The notes: generated by a model from the sequence alone, not told the origin. 64,000 nucleotides of DNA from a bacterium (GCA_965203325.1 OZ241875.1:2560001-2624000), one strand, 5' to 3'. Counted from the first letter of the stretch, positions 1-11,324 are shown. Program-made: numbers and translations.

Positions 1-603
1 AGCCGCGTGCGCCTCGTGCTGGAGGGTTCGCGCTCGCTCCGGTTGGGCGAAGGCCTGCTGACGCCCTCTCTGGAGATAGGGTTCCGGAACGATTCGGGCG
101 ACGCGGAGACGGGCGGCGGGGTGGAGGCCGGCGGCTCGGTCCGCTGGACCTCGGGGGCCCTGACGACGCAGGTGCGCGCGCGCGGCCTGCTCTCCCACGG
201 CGAGGGCGGTTATGAGGAATGGGGCGTGAGCGCCTCGGTGGCGTACGCTCCGGGCTCCGGGGGACGGGGTCTCACGCTTCGGGCGGGCTCCTCGTGGGGC
301 GCCTCCACGAGCGGTGCGGAGCGGCTCTGGTCGCAGGCGGCGGGCCTGGCGCCTGCCGGTGCGTTCGAGCCGGGCGCCGCGGGCTTCGAGGCCGAGGCGG
401 CCTGGGGCCTGGACGCCCCCCGGGGACTCCTGACGCCCTATACGGGCGTGGCGGTTTCGGGGAACGCGGAGACCTGGCGCGCGGGCGCGCGCTGGAAGCC
501 CGGGGCGGCCACGGAGGTGAGCCTCGAGGCGAGCCTCACCGAACAGGCGGGCGGCGGGAGACCCGAAGGCGGCCTCCTGCTCAGAGGCTCGAAGCGGTGG
601 TAG
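1..603 (+). CDS. C-terminal autotransporter-like outer-membrane beta-barrel of a large surface protein (5'-partial)
   Basis: Open frame from the window edge; Gly-rich alternating beta-strand pattern (LTPSLEIGFRNDSGDAETGGGVEAGG, LLTPYTG), ending in an aromatic residue (W). Confidence 0.7.
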   Translation, partial: SRVRLVLEGSRSLRLGEGLLTPSLEIGFRNDSGDAETGGGVEAGGSVRWTSGALTTQVRARGLLSHGEGGYEEWGVSASVAYAPGSGGRGLTLRAGSSWGASTSGAERLWSQAAGLAPAGAFEPGAAGFEAEAAWGLDAPRGLLTPYTGVAVSGNAETWRAGARWKPGAATEVSLEASLTEQAGGGRPEGGLLLRGSKRW

Positions 604-651
604 GGGCGGACCCGGGGGTAGCGCAGGCCGTCCCTCCCGGCCCGCTTCACC

Positions 652-682
652 GCGGTCCCCCTCCCGGCGGGAGGGGGACCGC
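652..682 (+). terminator. Perfect GC-rich hairpin after the autotransporter gene
   Basis: GCGGTCCCCCTCCC-ggc-GGGAGGGGGACCGC, 14-bp stem; no clear U-tract. Confidence 0.45.
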
Positions 683-1022
683 ATCCCGCTCTCCCGCGTG
701 GTTTCAGGCAGTGGGGGGTTTCCAGCAGGGGTGAAATCTTTGTAGTTTCTTGAAACTATTGTGAGTAATGGTTTTTGGAGGTTTCTTTCGGAATTCGATT
801 TCCGCAATCCGTAATCAACTCGGCAGCGGATGAATTATAACTCCTGCGTAGCTCGGAGATCCTCTGTCGGAGCACCCTCCAAAATTCGGCTCGTGTCGGC
901 TTAGTTGCGGTCATGATCCGTCACTCTGCAACGTTGGTTCAGAAACCACTGGTCCACGCCCAGATGAAATGCCAGCCTTGCTGACTTGTTTCATCAGCCT
1001 GTTGGACCCTTACGTGATAATA

Positions 1023-2123
1023 CTATAATCGATTAGGTTTCGGTGCTGCAAAAAACCAGAGAATTTTGTCGAAATAGTCGTGAAAGGCAAAAAGCCAATA
1101 TTCAGAACGGACAAAATGATGAAACCTAGACAATGCCTCGTGGCTGTCAAAGAATGACGTAATCACACCTTTTCCAAATCCATCCACTTTGATCTGTTCA
1201 ATTTCTTGAAGTTCACATCCGATCTTGTTGCAAATCCAACTGATAGATTCATCAGAAATTTTATTTTTATCAGATAATTCTTTTAGCTTTCGCCCGCAAA
1301 TTCCTTCTTTGATATCGAAATACAGCCAAAGGCATTCCTCTGGCGGTATCTGTTCATTTTGTGAAATCAATCCATCTAATCGATCGAAGTGCCGGTATCC
1401 ATGATACGCTGCCATCTCCTTGAATAGATGATATGGTATGTAGTTCTCCAACTCTCTTCCAACAGTAGTAATTCCTATCCCGATGAAACAACTTTGACCG
1501 GATATATTTCCGCAATTCCTTTTTCTATATATAGAAATCACCTTATTCGCCGTAGCCGATTTCTTGCCATTAGGTGCCAGGCTGTCATGATCGACGACGC
1601 AGACTACAACCCTCTGCTTATCTATTTCCTGCTCAAAAATACTAGCTATGCTCGAACCGCCACCATGTATTGGATCGAATTCATAGGAAGGAACGTGGGA
1701 AAGCTTTTTCGTTTCACATAGTATTTGCTTGTAAAGCTGGATATCCGAATCGCTATCCTCAACCACAAAACTCGTACACGTGGATAAATATTTACCGTTG
1801 AGCAGCGCCCTATGACCGATGACAAAAGTTTTCTTTCCATCGAAGGAAACCGACCCATCGCCCAGCACTACATTCACGTACACACGAGCTACGCGCAACA
1901 TATCCCCTCGAACTGCATACTTTTCATGAATTGAAGTAAGGTACGTCTTATCTCGCTGTGACAAGTGAAGATTCTCAACCGCCCATTTACATAGTTCTCT
2001 ACGCGATATAAAGAAATGTCTACCGGAGCGATCAGATTCGATAAGCTGCGCAAACACATCCTCTAGTTCACCGTTTTCGGTGTCCGAAAGTTCCTCAACA
2101 GTGCTTTGCAAACGAAAAATCAT
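1023..2123 (-). CDS. TOPRIM-like (OLD/AriB-type) putative nuclease, partner of the upstream ATPase
   Basis: Motifs FVVEDSDSD, PIHGGGS, VCVVDHD (DxD) and RELENYIP; start overlaps the ATPase stop (TAATG). Confidence 0.6.
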   Translation of the reverse strand: MIFRLQSTVEELSDTENGELEDVFAQLIESDRSGRHFFISRRELCKWAVENLHLSQRDKTYLTSIHEKYAVRGDMLRVARVYVNVVLGDGSVSFDGKKTFVIGHRALLNGKYLSTCTSFVVEDSDSDIQLYKQILCETKKLSHVPSYEFDPIHGGGSSIASIFEQEIDKQRVVVCVVDHDSLAPNGKKSATANKVISIYRKRNCGNISGQSCFIGIGITTVGRELENYIPYHLFKEMAAYHGYRHFDRLDGLISQNEQIPPEECLWLYFDIKEGICGRKLKELSDKNKISDESISWICNKIGCELQEIEQIKVDGFGKGVITSFFDSHEALSRFHHFVRSEYWLFAFHDYFDKILWFFAAPKPNRL

Positions 2124-3724
2124 TAGTCAGAATAATTGAAAAAACCAAATGGCCAATCGGTCAACGCGCCCGTATCATCAAATCTCGCTAGCGAAACCAC
2201 CGTAGGTGAACTTAAATCGTCCTGAGCCGAAAATATGACAATCTGGATTTCACTCGAACTAACCTTACCTTCCTCAACGAGTTCACCCAACCGATGGATC
2301 AATGCCTCGCTATGTGTTTCAATTACTAGTCTTATTCCCGGTTGGGTATCACCATCCACAATTGTTCGGTTTGCAGCAACAAACACATCTGCTAGCTTAG
2401 CCTGATGGGCTGGGTGCAAGTGTAACTCGGGTTGTTCAATCGCAAGTGTTTGCAAACTTGACCGTCGCTGCCGAGGCATTCTTGATATAGGACTTCGGTG
2501 CTGAGCCCACCATATCATCCCAAGTACGGGCAATATTTGGGACACGCCGTATCCAGTGTCGGTCACATTTACGGACCTTTTATCTGAAAGCACTTGGACA
2601 CTGATGTGGCCAGAGGTTTCATGCACCTTAACGCCATACCCAAATATTCCCTCTACCCACTTTGAGAATCTTTCGAGTTCTCTCGGTGCCAAAGACGCTA
2701 GAAACATGGGAAAGTTTGCCCCGTTCGGGGCAATCTCTGAGACTTCGAGCTCTTGTTTGCGGTAGAAACGCTCGCTCGCCGCCCTAACAGGCTCTAAGTA
2801 CCCCACGTTTAGGAAATATTCAGTCAATTGGTCCTCAAGAATCTCCAATACTGAAAACACACGTGCCAAGCGTTGAATGGAGAATACTTGAGTTTTAAAT
2901 TTACTTTTCTTTTTGGACAAAAGATGTTGATAAATCTTCTTGAAAGTCACAGTACTGGATGTATCTTGTAATTTGCTTATTGTCGATGAATCGAAGCGAT
3001 TTTCTGAAAGAACTCTCCTTGCTTCCCTCAGTAATGTTCTATTACTCAATGCTCTGTTTGCCTGATTGCTGAAGGCATTTACCAATACCTCAGCAAGAAC
3101 ACCAGCAGGTCTTAACAGCCTGTTCGCTCCCCCTTCCTTTTCCATCGTCTTCGATATGAAACGTGGTGGAGAAAAGAGATTTCTATTGATCCTTATCAGG
3201 TTATATGTATTTGGAAGGAAGTCAGCATGAGCACCGTTAATAATAATCTTGCCGTCGGATCCTTGATGTGATCGAAAATTAAAATGAATGTCTATATCTT
3301 CATCCGGAATCTTTACTTCTATGCTGTTCAAAACAGTCGTATCTTCTATTGCGCCAATCAAATAACGTATGGCAACACACTCTACCTGAACAACCCCTCG
3401 ATGTTGGTAGTATTCATCGTGATAATATAAATTCGCACGATTTAAGCCACGCACGTCAGATATTGTAAACCGGAATGCGGCTTGGCGTTCGTTTTCATTT
3501 TCTCCGACGGCCACATTTATGTCACCAAAATCAACCAAATCACCATACCAGAGAATAGGAGCACTACTTCGTGTTTCTAGTGACTGGCGAATGAGAGGGA
3601 GTGAACGCAAGAAGGTACTTTTCCCTGCGCTGTTTCTTCCCACCAGAACCGTAATTGGGCGCAATTCAATTTCAGGGAAATCCCGTATGCGTCTTATGTT
3701 CTCAATTGCATACGCTAGTTTCAT
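2123..3724 (-). CDS. ABC/AAA-family ATPase with DUF3696-like C-terminus
   Basis: Walker A GRNSAGKS, signature-like DTGYGVSQ, Walker B IEQPELHLHP, H-loop ETHSE, C-terminal DWPFGFF. Confidence 0.85.
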   Translation of the reverse strand: MKLAYAIENIRRIRDFPEIELRPITVLVGRNSAGKSTFLRSLPLIRQSLETRSSAPILWYGDLVDFGDINVAVGENENERQAAFRFTISDVRGLNRANLYYHDEYYQHRGVVQVECVAIRYLIGAIEDTTVLNSIEVKIPDEDIDIHFNFRSHQGSDGKIIINGAHADFLPNTYNLIRINRNLFSPPRFISKTMEKEGGANRLLRPAGVLAEVLVNAFSNQANRALSNRTLLREARRVLSENRFDSSTISKLQDTSSTVTFKKIYQHLLSKKKSKFKTQVFSIQRLARVFSVLEILEDQLTEYFLNVGYLEPVRAASERFYRKQELEVSEIAPNGANFPMFLASLAPRELERFSKWVEGIFGYGVKVHETSGHISVQVLSDKRSVNVTDTGYGVSQILPVLGMIWWAQHRSPISRMPRQRRSSLQTLAIEQPELHLHPAHQAKLADVFVAANRTIVDGDTQPGIRLVIETHSEALIHRLGELVEEGKVSSSEIQIVIFSAQDDLSSPTVVSLARFDDTGALTDWPFGFFNYSD

Positions 3725-4378
3725 TTTCTTGCCCTTATAGTGCTGCTACCCAAAACTGAGAACGTTGCGCTTGTTCGTACATAAGCAGCTCATTTGACCT
3801 TTCGTGCACATAGCATTCGAATCTCTTGCGCACCACCGAGAGATTGTTCCTAACGGGATAATGGCATCGGCGCTGAATCTTGATTAATGTTATCTCACCT
3901 GCGTTGACTGATAAAGGTCCCTCGTTGCTGCAAGCAGTTCCGACCCCCAGTGTTGCGGGAGACCTAAAAGTCATCGGCAAGCATGTGGTGAGAGACAACT
4001 TCTTAGTGAATTCCAAAACTATTCCATTATGAATTTTCCTGTGTGCTACCCGAGGTGGCCAATCAATTTCCGTATGCTTGCTAGTGATCGGTGAAAGCTA
4101 TACTGATGAAAGGGCTTCCTTGATAGATGCAAAAATCCTTCTGTGTACTATGGCCGTGTCAGCGCCGCTACGCAATTATCTCTTGACTACCTTATCACGC
4201 ATGCAGGATCCCGTACCGCATTGGAAGTTCGCTCGCCTTAAGTATATTTCTGCTACCGGAAATAGAACCATCATATTCTCGGCTATGCACGTCTCGCTCC
4301 CGGTGTACGTGCTGGACCCCTCATTGCTAATCAGGCCCGGCCAATCGAAGCCCTTCAATAGCGAGGGAAAACCACTCT

Positions 4379-7300
4379 TTAGTCTTCCCTTTTTTTACGC
4401 TGCAGCAATACAGCGTCCGCATGATGTTTGTACACGAACGGCATGTCATTCGTAAGTATGTTGTCCAACCATAGTGAATCCTCACAGTCGGTAAGTAGAT
4501 ACGGGTCTCCGGCTTCGAGGATTGCAACCAATAAACTCCAGCGTCGGTCTGGAGTAGCCATTGGGAAAGCCGCGAGAAGAGCGGCGACATTGGTTTCCCG
4601 TCGATGACGCTCAAGTGCCGCGAGCGCAGCATGCTTGACTTCGATGGCGCTGTCTTGCTCGGCGAGCCTGCCGACTGCATCCGAGATCGCTGATGTAGGC
4701 AGCCAGCCGGCAAGTTCTGCAGCTATCTTGCGTTCGGACACCAAGCCACTCATCCGCTCAACCAAGAGTTGCGAAACAACGCCAGAATCAAGCCGTCGCA
4801 ATGCCCGACCCACGGCCGGGCGAAAGGATTTCCGTTCGATGGAGACTGCAGCATCGACAAGCCGCCTCGCTGCGGACTCCGGCGCGATTCGTACGAGCAG
4901 CTTACATAACTCCCACTCAATTTTTGGGTGGAATTGGAACGCAAGCTCGATCGCCTCGACAGCTCGCATAACATCGAACTTTGCCAAACCCTCAATGGCC
5001 TTAAGCGGCTGCATTGTAGAGAAAGAACGAGCAGCAAACGCTTTGTCGAGAATTTGTTCCCTCAACGCAGCGTCACCCCCTTCGACAGCAATGTCATAGG
5101 GGCCGTCGCGCAATTCCTGTCCACGCCGACAACGTTTAACAGCTGTATCGATACTTAGCTTTCTAGTTGCAGGATTGTCATACAAGGCAGCAATTATCAG
5201 ATCCTCAAGATCATTTTGCTTCAAAGGGATCTCACTCTTCAAACAGTTCGCCAGTAAATTTGCTCCCTGGTTTCCCATACGGATCAGTACTTGCAGGCCA
5301 CATTTTGAATTCTCTTTAGTGTAGAGCAGGGAATGAGCAAGCTGTGCGAAATCATCCGAGGTATCACCAAGCGCTTGAAGTGTGGTGCAAGAAATTGCGG
5401 CAACTAGTCCCTCCTTATCAGCTTGCTTCAAGACAGAACGCACAGGTGGAATCAGATCCGCATCATCACTGAGCCAAGCAATCACCAGCGCGGTTAGCAG
5501 CAAATCCTCCGATGATTTCTCACTTTGAAGTGTTTCAAGCGTCTGCTCCGTGAGCGCTTTTGACATCGGACCTCGGTGAGCTCGAAGCTGAGCAAGATCG
5601 GGCGATACTATTTCCAAACCACTGTTATTCAGTATTTCGACCAAAGCCGTATCGGCGCCCAATGAAGCGAGTGCGGTCATCGACTGGCAGAACTCCTGAT
5701 AAAAGTGTGATTTTAAATTCTCGTCAGCATCTTGCGGCACGGGTCGGGACGCGATAGCCGTAAGCCTATTCACGATACCGTCATCGGCACGTACAGCGGC
5801 CCAATTCATACCGCCATGGCGAACCCAAAAATGCTCGGACTCCAGTTCGCGCTTGATCAGGGTGGCGATGCCATCGCCTCCCATGAGAATGAGGACACGT
5901 CGTGCATTTTCGAGGATGGTGTCGCGGGTATTACTGTTTGTGTGTAAGCGGTTGCAAGCAGCCGCTACGATCATGTTTTCCAATTCCCCGCCCGCTTCGG
6001 CTTCGAGAATGGTCAATAGCTCTAGGCGGGTAATGCGCCCAAGGAAGTCCAGCGGATGGTAGAGCCAGAGTTGGTCTCCTCCGAGTGCTCCTTGAGGATG
6101 CGTACGAAAATCATTCTCCAATGTGCGCAATATGAAACGAAGCATTGTGCCGTCCACCTCGTCTGGCCGCTCCCAGAAAAGATCTACTATGAATCGGAGT
6201 TTTGGGGGATCCGTTTCGGCGAGCTCAAGAATACGTCGGCGGGTCAGTTCCGGTTGGGCGCGCAGCAGAATCGGAAGCCAATGATTGCGAAAAACATAGA
6301 GTTCTGCATCGTCAACCTCGACAAGCCGGTCGATGGCTGCTGGCGGGTCAAGGACCGATAGGGCTGTGAGTGCCGCGCTGCTAGTGAAATCTTCGGAGCT
6401 TGACAGGTGGCGGTTCACAAAATCCAGTTTATCTCTATCTGCAAAGCGCGCGATGCAATACAGCAAGCAACGCGGCTTGTTGGCTGAAACTTTGGTCATC
6501 AATGCATACCCTGCCTCCTTCCAAATAGAAGGTGCATCTGGGTGTTCCAGCGCATTCAATAAGAATCCGAATTCAGAAAACTTTTCCTTTTTCGCATCTG
6601 CTGACAGGATACGGTCACGGAGCCATCCCGGGTCCAACTCAATTCCGGCACGTAGAGCTGTAAAACTGGTTTGATAATCACTATGCCTTGAGACATCTTT
6701 TTTCTCTTCCAATGCGTAAAGACGCTGCTGGTGGAGTTCCCAAACGCGGTCAAGATATTCTGTACTGGGCACTGCCGTAAGCATTTTTAAAGCGACGTTT
6801 TGCAAGTCATAGGAAGATTCGCTCAACAGAGAATCGATGGCTTCCTTCAACTCGCAATTTTCCTGCTGCATGAGGGATGTAAAAGCCTTACCGATGAACC
6901 CGAGCCAGTAGTCTCCGTCCGAGCCCATGGTGATTTCATTTAGTCGTTCTAAGAGAATCGGCACCACGCGCTGACCGAGAGTTGGCAGGAGATGAACATA
7001 CAGCGTCTCACCGTAGCTCCCGTATTCGCTTCTGTCCTCCATTCGCGCGATAAGCCGGCTAAGCATCCGGGAGTTCTGTTCGTCTTCCGCAAGTAACCAC
7101 AGCACATCCATGGGCACATAGTCGAGCCGGCTCGGTGCGCGTTGATCCTGTTTTCCGCGTTGGCTCGCGAGAATCTCCCCGAGAGCGTCGTCTGACAGTT
7201 CCCCGCGGTCGAATTGTTGTACCAACGACTTTGCGACCGCCCAATTCAGGAGACGGTCATGCGCGAACGCTACCTCGCCACTCTTCGTGCTTCGAAACCA

Positions 7301-8917
7301 GCCAGTGGCTACAAGTCGCGCAACGGCTTCTTCCTCGGTTAGGCCAATCTCGGGCCACTCCGGCCGTAAAAGAGGATAGAGCTTCCCTGCGAGAACATGA
7401 GCGGCAAGTGCTATCACGACTCCTTCGTCGCCGTGCCTGCCATTCGCTGCGATCCTCTGCCAAAACCGATCGAATATCTCATATTCGCTACGCGGAGCGC
7501 TTTGCACTGAACTATATGGGAGTTCAAGGAAAAGACCGGCAAGAATAGGCCTGCGCAGGAGTATCTTCAGATCTGACGGAAGTTCGGCCCAATTCCGACT
7601 GGTCCTTTTCAAGAGTGAATCAAGTTCCTGGATCGAAAAATCACCAACAGTATATTCGCAAACTGCATCGCTGTCGGTTACAGCAAGCGCCCGTGCCACT
7701 GTGGTCGGAACGGTCAATACCAGGCGAATGCCCCAATCAGTCCAATCTTGGCGGACAAGACCCCTGGCGAGATCGATGTCCTGAACGTCGTCGAGTGCGA
7801 CGACCAGCCCAGAAGTCGCCTTATGTGGCTCCAGTTCACGGAGGAAATTCGACACGGCACGGAGCGACTTTTCGGATGTTTCGCCAAGGCCTTGCTGCCA
7901 AAAATCCTGTGATGCTTGGTTCAGCAGGTCTTTACGAGTTTGGGCAGCACGTACCAAAGTGACGAAATTACGCTGCTGCCCAAGTGCTTCCAGCAATCGT
8001 CCCAACTGCCAAGTCTTGCCAACGCCACTTTCTCCCGCAATGAGCAATACAGGTTTTCCTGCGGGCCATTCGGGAACAGCTCGTACGTCTCGATCAGGCT
8101 GGTACTTAAGTCCGGCAAGACGGCGGCAAGTCAATTCACTCATGGTTTCAGGCAAAATTGCCAACCTATGCAGCCGGTCCGGGTTGAGGCCGACATCCCG
8201 GAATATGGCATCTATGGCAGAAGCGTCGAGCCGTGTTTCACCCTTGCTTAGCTTTTCAAACAGTACGCCGACCAGACGCTCCCGAATCCCACGTTCATCC
8301 CCGAGGTCGGGCGCGTAGCACCGCAAGAGCCTCTCAATTGCTGCCTCGTGCGCGCTACCACTGACGCAAAACTCCATTTCAAAACAAGACAATAGATGGA
8401 AGGTGGCAGCGCGATTCCCGACGGCCGACTGAGGAGTCCCGCGCCTTGTTACGTTGTTGATGCGATCGAAAAACTCGCGGTTGGTCGCAACAATGTCAGG
8501 GCTAATTTTTTTCTTTTCGTCATTATCAAGGTCATCAGGACCGTCAGCCGCCTTCACATCGGCAAGGAACGCCTTGAAGGTATCTAATTTGCCGGATCGG
8601 CCGTCAGTTACGAAACGGTAACGCGAATTCACCGGAAACGATGGCGGTATTGCCTTTTGGAGGTCGCACAGGACAGCTTCCATGTCGGAGAGAGACCACG
8701 TGCCGTCTGCACGGGTCTTGTATTGCTCTACAATATAAATGCCTGATGCCTCCGCACGGGCATCGCCGCCATTGCGAGGCTCCAATACCAAACATGCGTC
8801 ATCAACTACCTGACCGTCCAATTTACCCTTCAAGGTAACGCTGGACAGCCAGCCAATATGGTGAATTATCTGATAGAGAAAGCCATTGATCGCGGCTGGG
8901 CCACCAACTTGAGTCAT
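4379..8917 (-). CDS. STAND/NACHT-like NTPase with N-terminal Cap4/Mrr-like nuclease and C-terminal HEAT/ARM repeats (Avs-like)
   Basis: N-terminal GGxxAxxGFxYQ...D...EQYK; Walker A GESGVGKT; Walker B LVVALDD; FAHDRL; long Leu/Ala helical repeat tail; 1512 aa. Confidence 0.75.
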   Translation of the reverse strand: MTQVGGPAAINGFLYQIIHHIGWLSSVTLKGKLDGQVVDDACLVLEPRNGGDARAEASGIYIVEQYKTRADGTWSLSDMEAVLCDLQKAIPPSFPVNSRYRFVTDGRSGKLDTFKAFLADVKAADGPDDLDNDEKKKISPDIVATNREFFDRINNVTRRGTPQSAVGNRAATFHLLSCFEMEFCVSGSAHEAAIERLLRCYAPDLGDERGIRERLVGVLFEKLSKGETRLDASAIDAIFRDVGLNPDRLHRLAILPETMSELTCRRLAGLKYQPDRDVRAVPEWPAGKPVLLIAGESGVGKTWQLGRLLEALGQQRNFVTLVRAAQTRKDLLNQASQDFWQQGLGETSEKSLRAVSNFLRELEPHKATSGLVVALDDVQDIDLARGLVRQDWTDWGIRLVLTVPTTVARALAVTDSDAVCEYTVGDFSIQELDSLLKRTSRNWAELPSDLKILLRRPILAGLFLELPYSSVQSAPRSEYEIFDRFWQRIAANGRHGDEGVVIALAAHVLAGKLYPLLRPEWPEIGLTEEEAVARLVATGWFRSTKSGEVAFAHDRLLNWAVAKSLVQQFDRGELSDDALGEILASQRGKQDQRAPSRLDYVPMDVLWLLAEDEQNSRMLSRLIARMEDRSEYGSYGETLYVHLLPTLGQRVVPILLERLNEITMGSDGDYWLGFIGKAFTSLMQQENCELKEAIDSLLSESSYDLQNVALKMLTAVPSTEYLDRVWELHQQRLYALEEKKDVSRHSDYQTSFTALRAGIELDPGWLRDRILSADAKKEKFSEFGFLLNALEHPDAPSIWKEAGYALMTKVSANKPRCLLYCIARFADRDKLDFVNRHLSSSEDFTSSAALTALSVLDPPAAIDRLVEVDDAELYVFRNHWLPILLRAQPELTRRRILELAETDPPKLRFIVDLFWERPDEVDGTMLRFILRTLENDFRTHPQGALGGDQLWLYHPLDFLGRITRLELLTILEAEAGGELENMIVAAACNRLHTNSNTRDTILENARRVLILMGGDGIATLIKRELESEHFWVRHGGMNWAAVRADDGIVNRLTAIASRPVPQDADENLKSHFYQEFCQSMTALASLGADTALVEILNNSGLEIVSPDLAQLRAHRGPMSKALTEQTLETLQSEKSSEDLLLTALVIAWLSDDADLIPPVRSVLKQADKEGLVAAISCTTLQALGDTSDDFAQLAHSLLYTKENSKCGLQVLIRMGNQGANLLANCLKSEIPLKQNDLEDLIIAALYDNPATRKLSIDTAVKRCRRGQELRDGPYDIAVEGGDAALREQILDKAFAARSFSTMQPLKAIEGLAKFDVMRAVEAIELAFQFHPKIEWELCKLLVRIAPESAARRLVDAAVSIERKSFRPAVGRALRRLDSGVVSQLLVERMSGLVSERKIAAELAGWLPTSAISDAVGRLAEQDSAIEVKHAALAALERHRRETNVAALLAAFPMATPDRRWSLLVAILEAGDPYLLTDCEDSLWLDNILTNDMPFVYKHHADAVLLQRKKRED

Positions 8918-9818
8918 ATTTTCTCTTCGGGTTAATCTTCAAATGTATACATGAAGAATCGGAATTCCCTAGTTTAATGCCTTGAATTAACTCAACACCT
9001 TCTGCTGCTTAGAGCCATTAATATGTATTGTAACAGAAGAGGGGTCGCCAGACTCCTGTTGTGCATCTTGCCCGGGCGCCACCTATCCATCTTTTTATGA
9101 ACTTAATCTGGGCCGATCCACCGCGTCGTCCGTCTTCAGAACAGTTAGGGATTTTCAACAGTAATGAAATCTCATTATCCCGTTGATTTCATTGAAATAT
9201 GTTGAATATCCGTAATCTCGCTCGGGGTTCGCCTTTCGCAGAGCGCAATTAAAACGGAAACGAGGAGAATCAAACCCCCGGGCATCTCGGCGCGGGTCTG
9301 TCGGAGTCCTCCCAAACCTGGCTTACAACGGCTTGAGCACAGCCAGTCACCAGCGATCCACAGTCTTGGTTCAGCAGCCACCGCTCCGCGCACCATGATA
9401 GCGCCTGATTCGTCGCCAGCGGTCTGGCAACCGCCACACAGCCCGTTTAAAATCTTTGGGACCAAGGTGCCAGAGATAGAGCTCCAGCGGTTCGGGTTAT
9501 AGCGCCTTGGATGGATTCGAGGATAGTCGTTCGTATCTCTCGGTTAATTGTTGAGACGCAGAAGAAATTACATTAAGGTTGATCAGGGCTTCAATCAAAG
9601 GCACCGGGATTACCGGAAAACGCTCACCCTTCCAGACGCGCCCTGTATGATGGACATGAAGCGTTTCAACGACATGCAGGCCGATGTATTGTCTGAGCTT
9701 TGGCGCATATACCTGGATACCGACAAGTCTTGAAGTGCGGAAACCGCTTGATTCTTTCTCAAAGAGTGTTTTTGACTGCGCTTTCCCGGCCGGATGAAAA
9801 TGAGACGAAGAGATACCG

Positions 9819-11063
9819 ATGCTGACGCTGAGCAGGCTGAAATCCCCAAAAGTTCTTATAGTTTTGCTGATTGTTTTTCTTATTTGCTTGTTGGCCGCTT
9901 TTGCGGGCGTGATGATCACTGTAAAACCGGTGTGGGCCTTCAGACTCTTTGGAATATCCGACAAGTTCAGAATTCTGAACTTTCTGGGCGTCGCTATGGG
10001 CGGCATCCTGCTCGCCATCCAGGCCGTACTATCCTACAAACGCGCCAAGGCGATGGAGGATGCTGCGAATGCGCAGGCCGGAGCTACTGCGGAGCAAGCA
10101 AAAGCCAACCAGAACACCGAGAAGGGACTGCGGCAGGAACGCCTGAGAAACGCCATCGAGCATCTGGGGCACCATTCGGACTCCGTGCGCCTTGGCGGGG
10201 CCTATGAACTCTTCCATCTGGCGCAAGATACCGACGACCTTCGCCAAACCGTTCTGGATATTCTCTGCGCCTATATACGCCGCACGACGGGCGAAGACGA
10301 GTATCGGGAACAACACAAGTCGAAACCCTCTGAGGAAATTCAAGGTTTGCTGACTTTGCTTTTCGTGCAGGAGCATGAAGTCTTCAAAGGTCTTCACATC
10401 AACTTGCAGGGGAGTTGGCTGAATGGAGCGGATCTAGGGGGAGCACACCTTGCAGAGGCCAATCTGGCTGGTGCGCATATGCGAGCGACTGATCTTGGAG
10501 ATTCATATCTCCAAGGTTCGAATCTAAATGGAGCACAGATGCAAGCGATTGATCTCAGTAGATCCTGCTTGCAAAGTTCTACGGTGGCGAGAACACAGAT
10601 GCAAGGCGCTTATCTGCTGGGAACACGGATGCAATGCGCTTACCTATCAGAGACGCAAATGCAAGGGGCTTATCTTTGCAGGACCGAAATGCAGGGGACT
10701 CTCTTTGCCAAGGTGCATATGCAAGGAGCCGGAAATTCGGTATGGGATATCGATATGTCTTTTCCAGAGCGCATCAAGGAGGCTATCGGGAAGGAAACCG
10801 ATTTTTCCGAGGTCATATTGCGTGGTGGGTTAAGTCAGGAAAACGTGGATTTTCTTGCCAAGGGATTGTCCGATGTGAGAAAGGATTGTCCCGATACGGG
10901 CGTATCCTATTGTGGGGATGCGCAGATGTTACGCGAGATGCTCGAGCCGCACATTGACAAGCCGACTGATTGGAATCTGAGGGAAGGTATGGAGGTTTAT
11001 ACCGGATCTTATACAAAGGAAGAAGCCGAAGTATGGATTGCCGTGTACGATAGGGTTTCATAG
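9819..11063 (+). CDS. Membrane-anchored pentapeptide-repeat protein
   Basis: Two N-terminal hydrophobic segments, SVRLGGAYEL motif, then A(D/N/Y)LxG-type pentapeptide repeats. Confidence 0.85.
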   Translation: MLTLSRLKSPKVLIVLLIVFLICLLAAFAGVMITVKPVWAFRLFGISDKFRILNFLGVAMGGILLAIQAVLSYKRAKAMEDAANAQAGATAEQAKANQNTEKGLRQERLRNAIEHLGHHSDSVRLGGAYELFHLAQDTDDLRQTVLDILCAYIRRTTGEDEYREQHKSKPSEEIQGLLTLLFVQEHEVFKGLHINLQGSWLNGADLGGAHLAEANLAGAHMRATDLGDSYLQGSNLNGAQMQAIDLSRSCLQSSTVARTQMQGAYLLGTRMQCAYLSETQMQGAYLCRTEMQGTLFAKVHMQGAGNSVWDIDMSFPERIKEAIGKETDFSEVILRGGLSQENVDFLAKGLSDVRKDCPDTGVSYCGDAQMLREMLEPHIDKPTDWNLREGMEVYTGSYTKEEAEVWIAVYDRVS

Positions 11064-11324
11064 CGGGCATCGACGGGGAATAAAAAAGCCGGAAATGAAC
11101 ACGGATCATACCGACGCTGAGCTAGTTAAAGAGTGGCTGTGATTTCTTGCTCAACCTTCACGATTCCACTGGGCGTTTTACGTTAATGGGCAAAATGACT
11201 GAGAATATCCTGGTTTCAAAGGCAATTACATACAAATGCCAAAGTCCGTTGACGCTAGTACCGGCTTGATTTGGGCTGCGCCTCGCTTATCCAATCTAAA
11301 GCTGCAGAGAAGAAGGCGCGATCA

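Noticed and set aside
3725..4378. Retron ncRNA or RT remnant upstream of the ATPase-TOPRIM pair
   Set aside because: No reverse transcriptase motifs and no convincing flanking inverted repeats; the short ORFs look non-coding.
9497..9733. Short ORF (61 aa) upstream of the pentapeptide gene
   Set aside because: Possibly a gene remnant, but no recognisable motif or good start signal.
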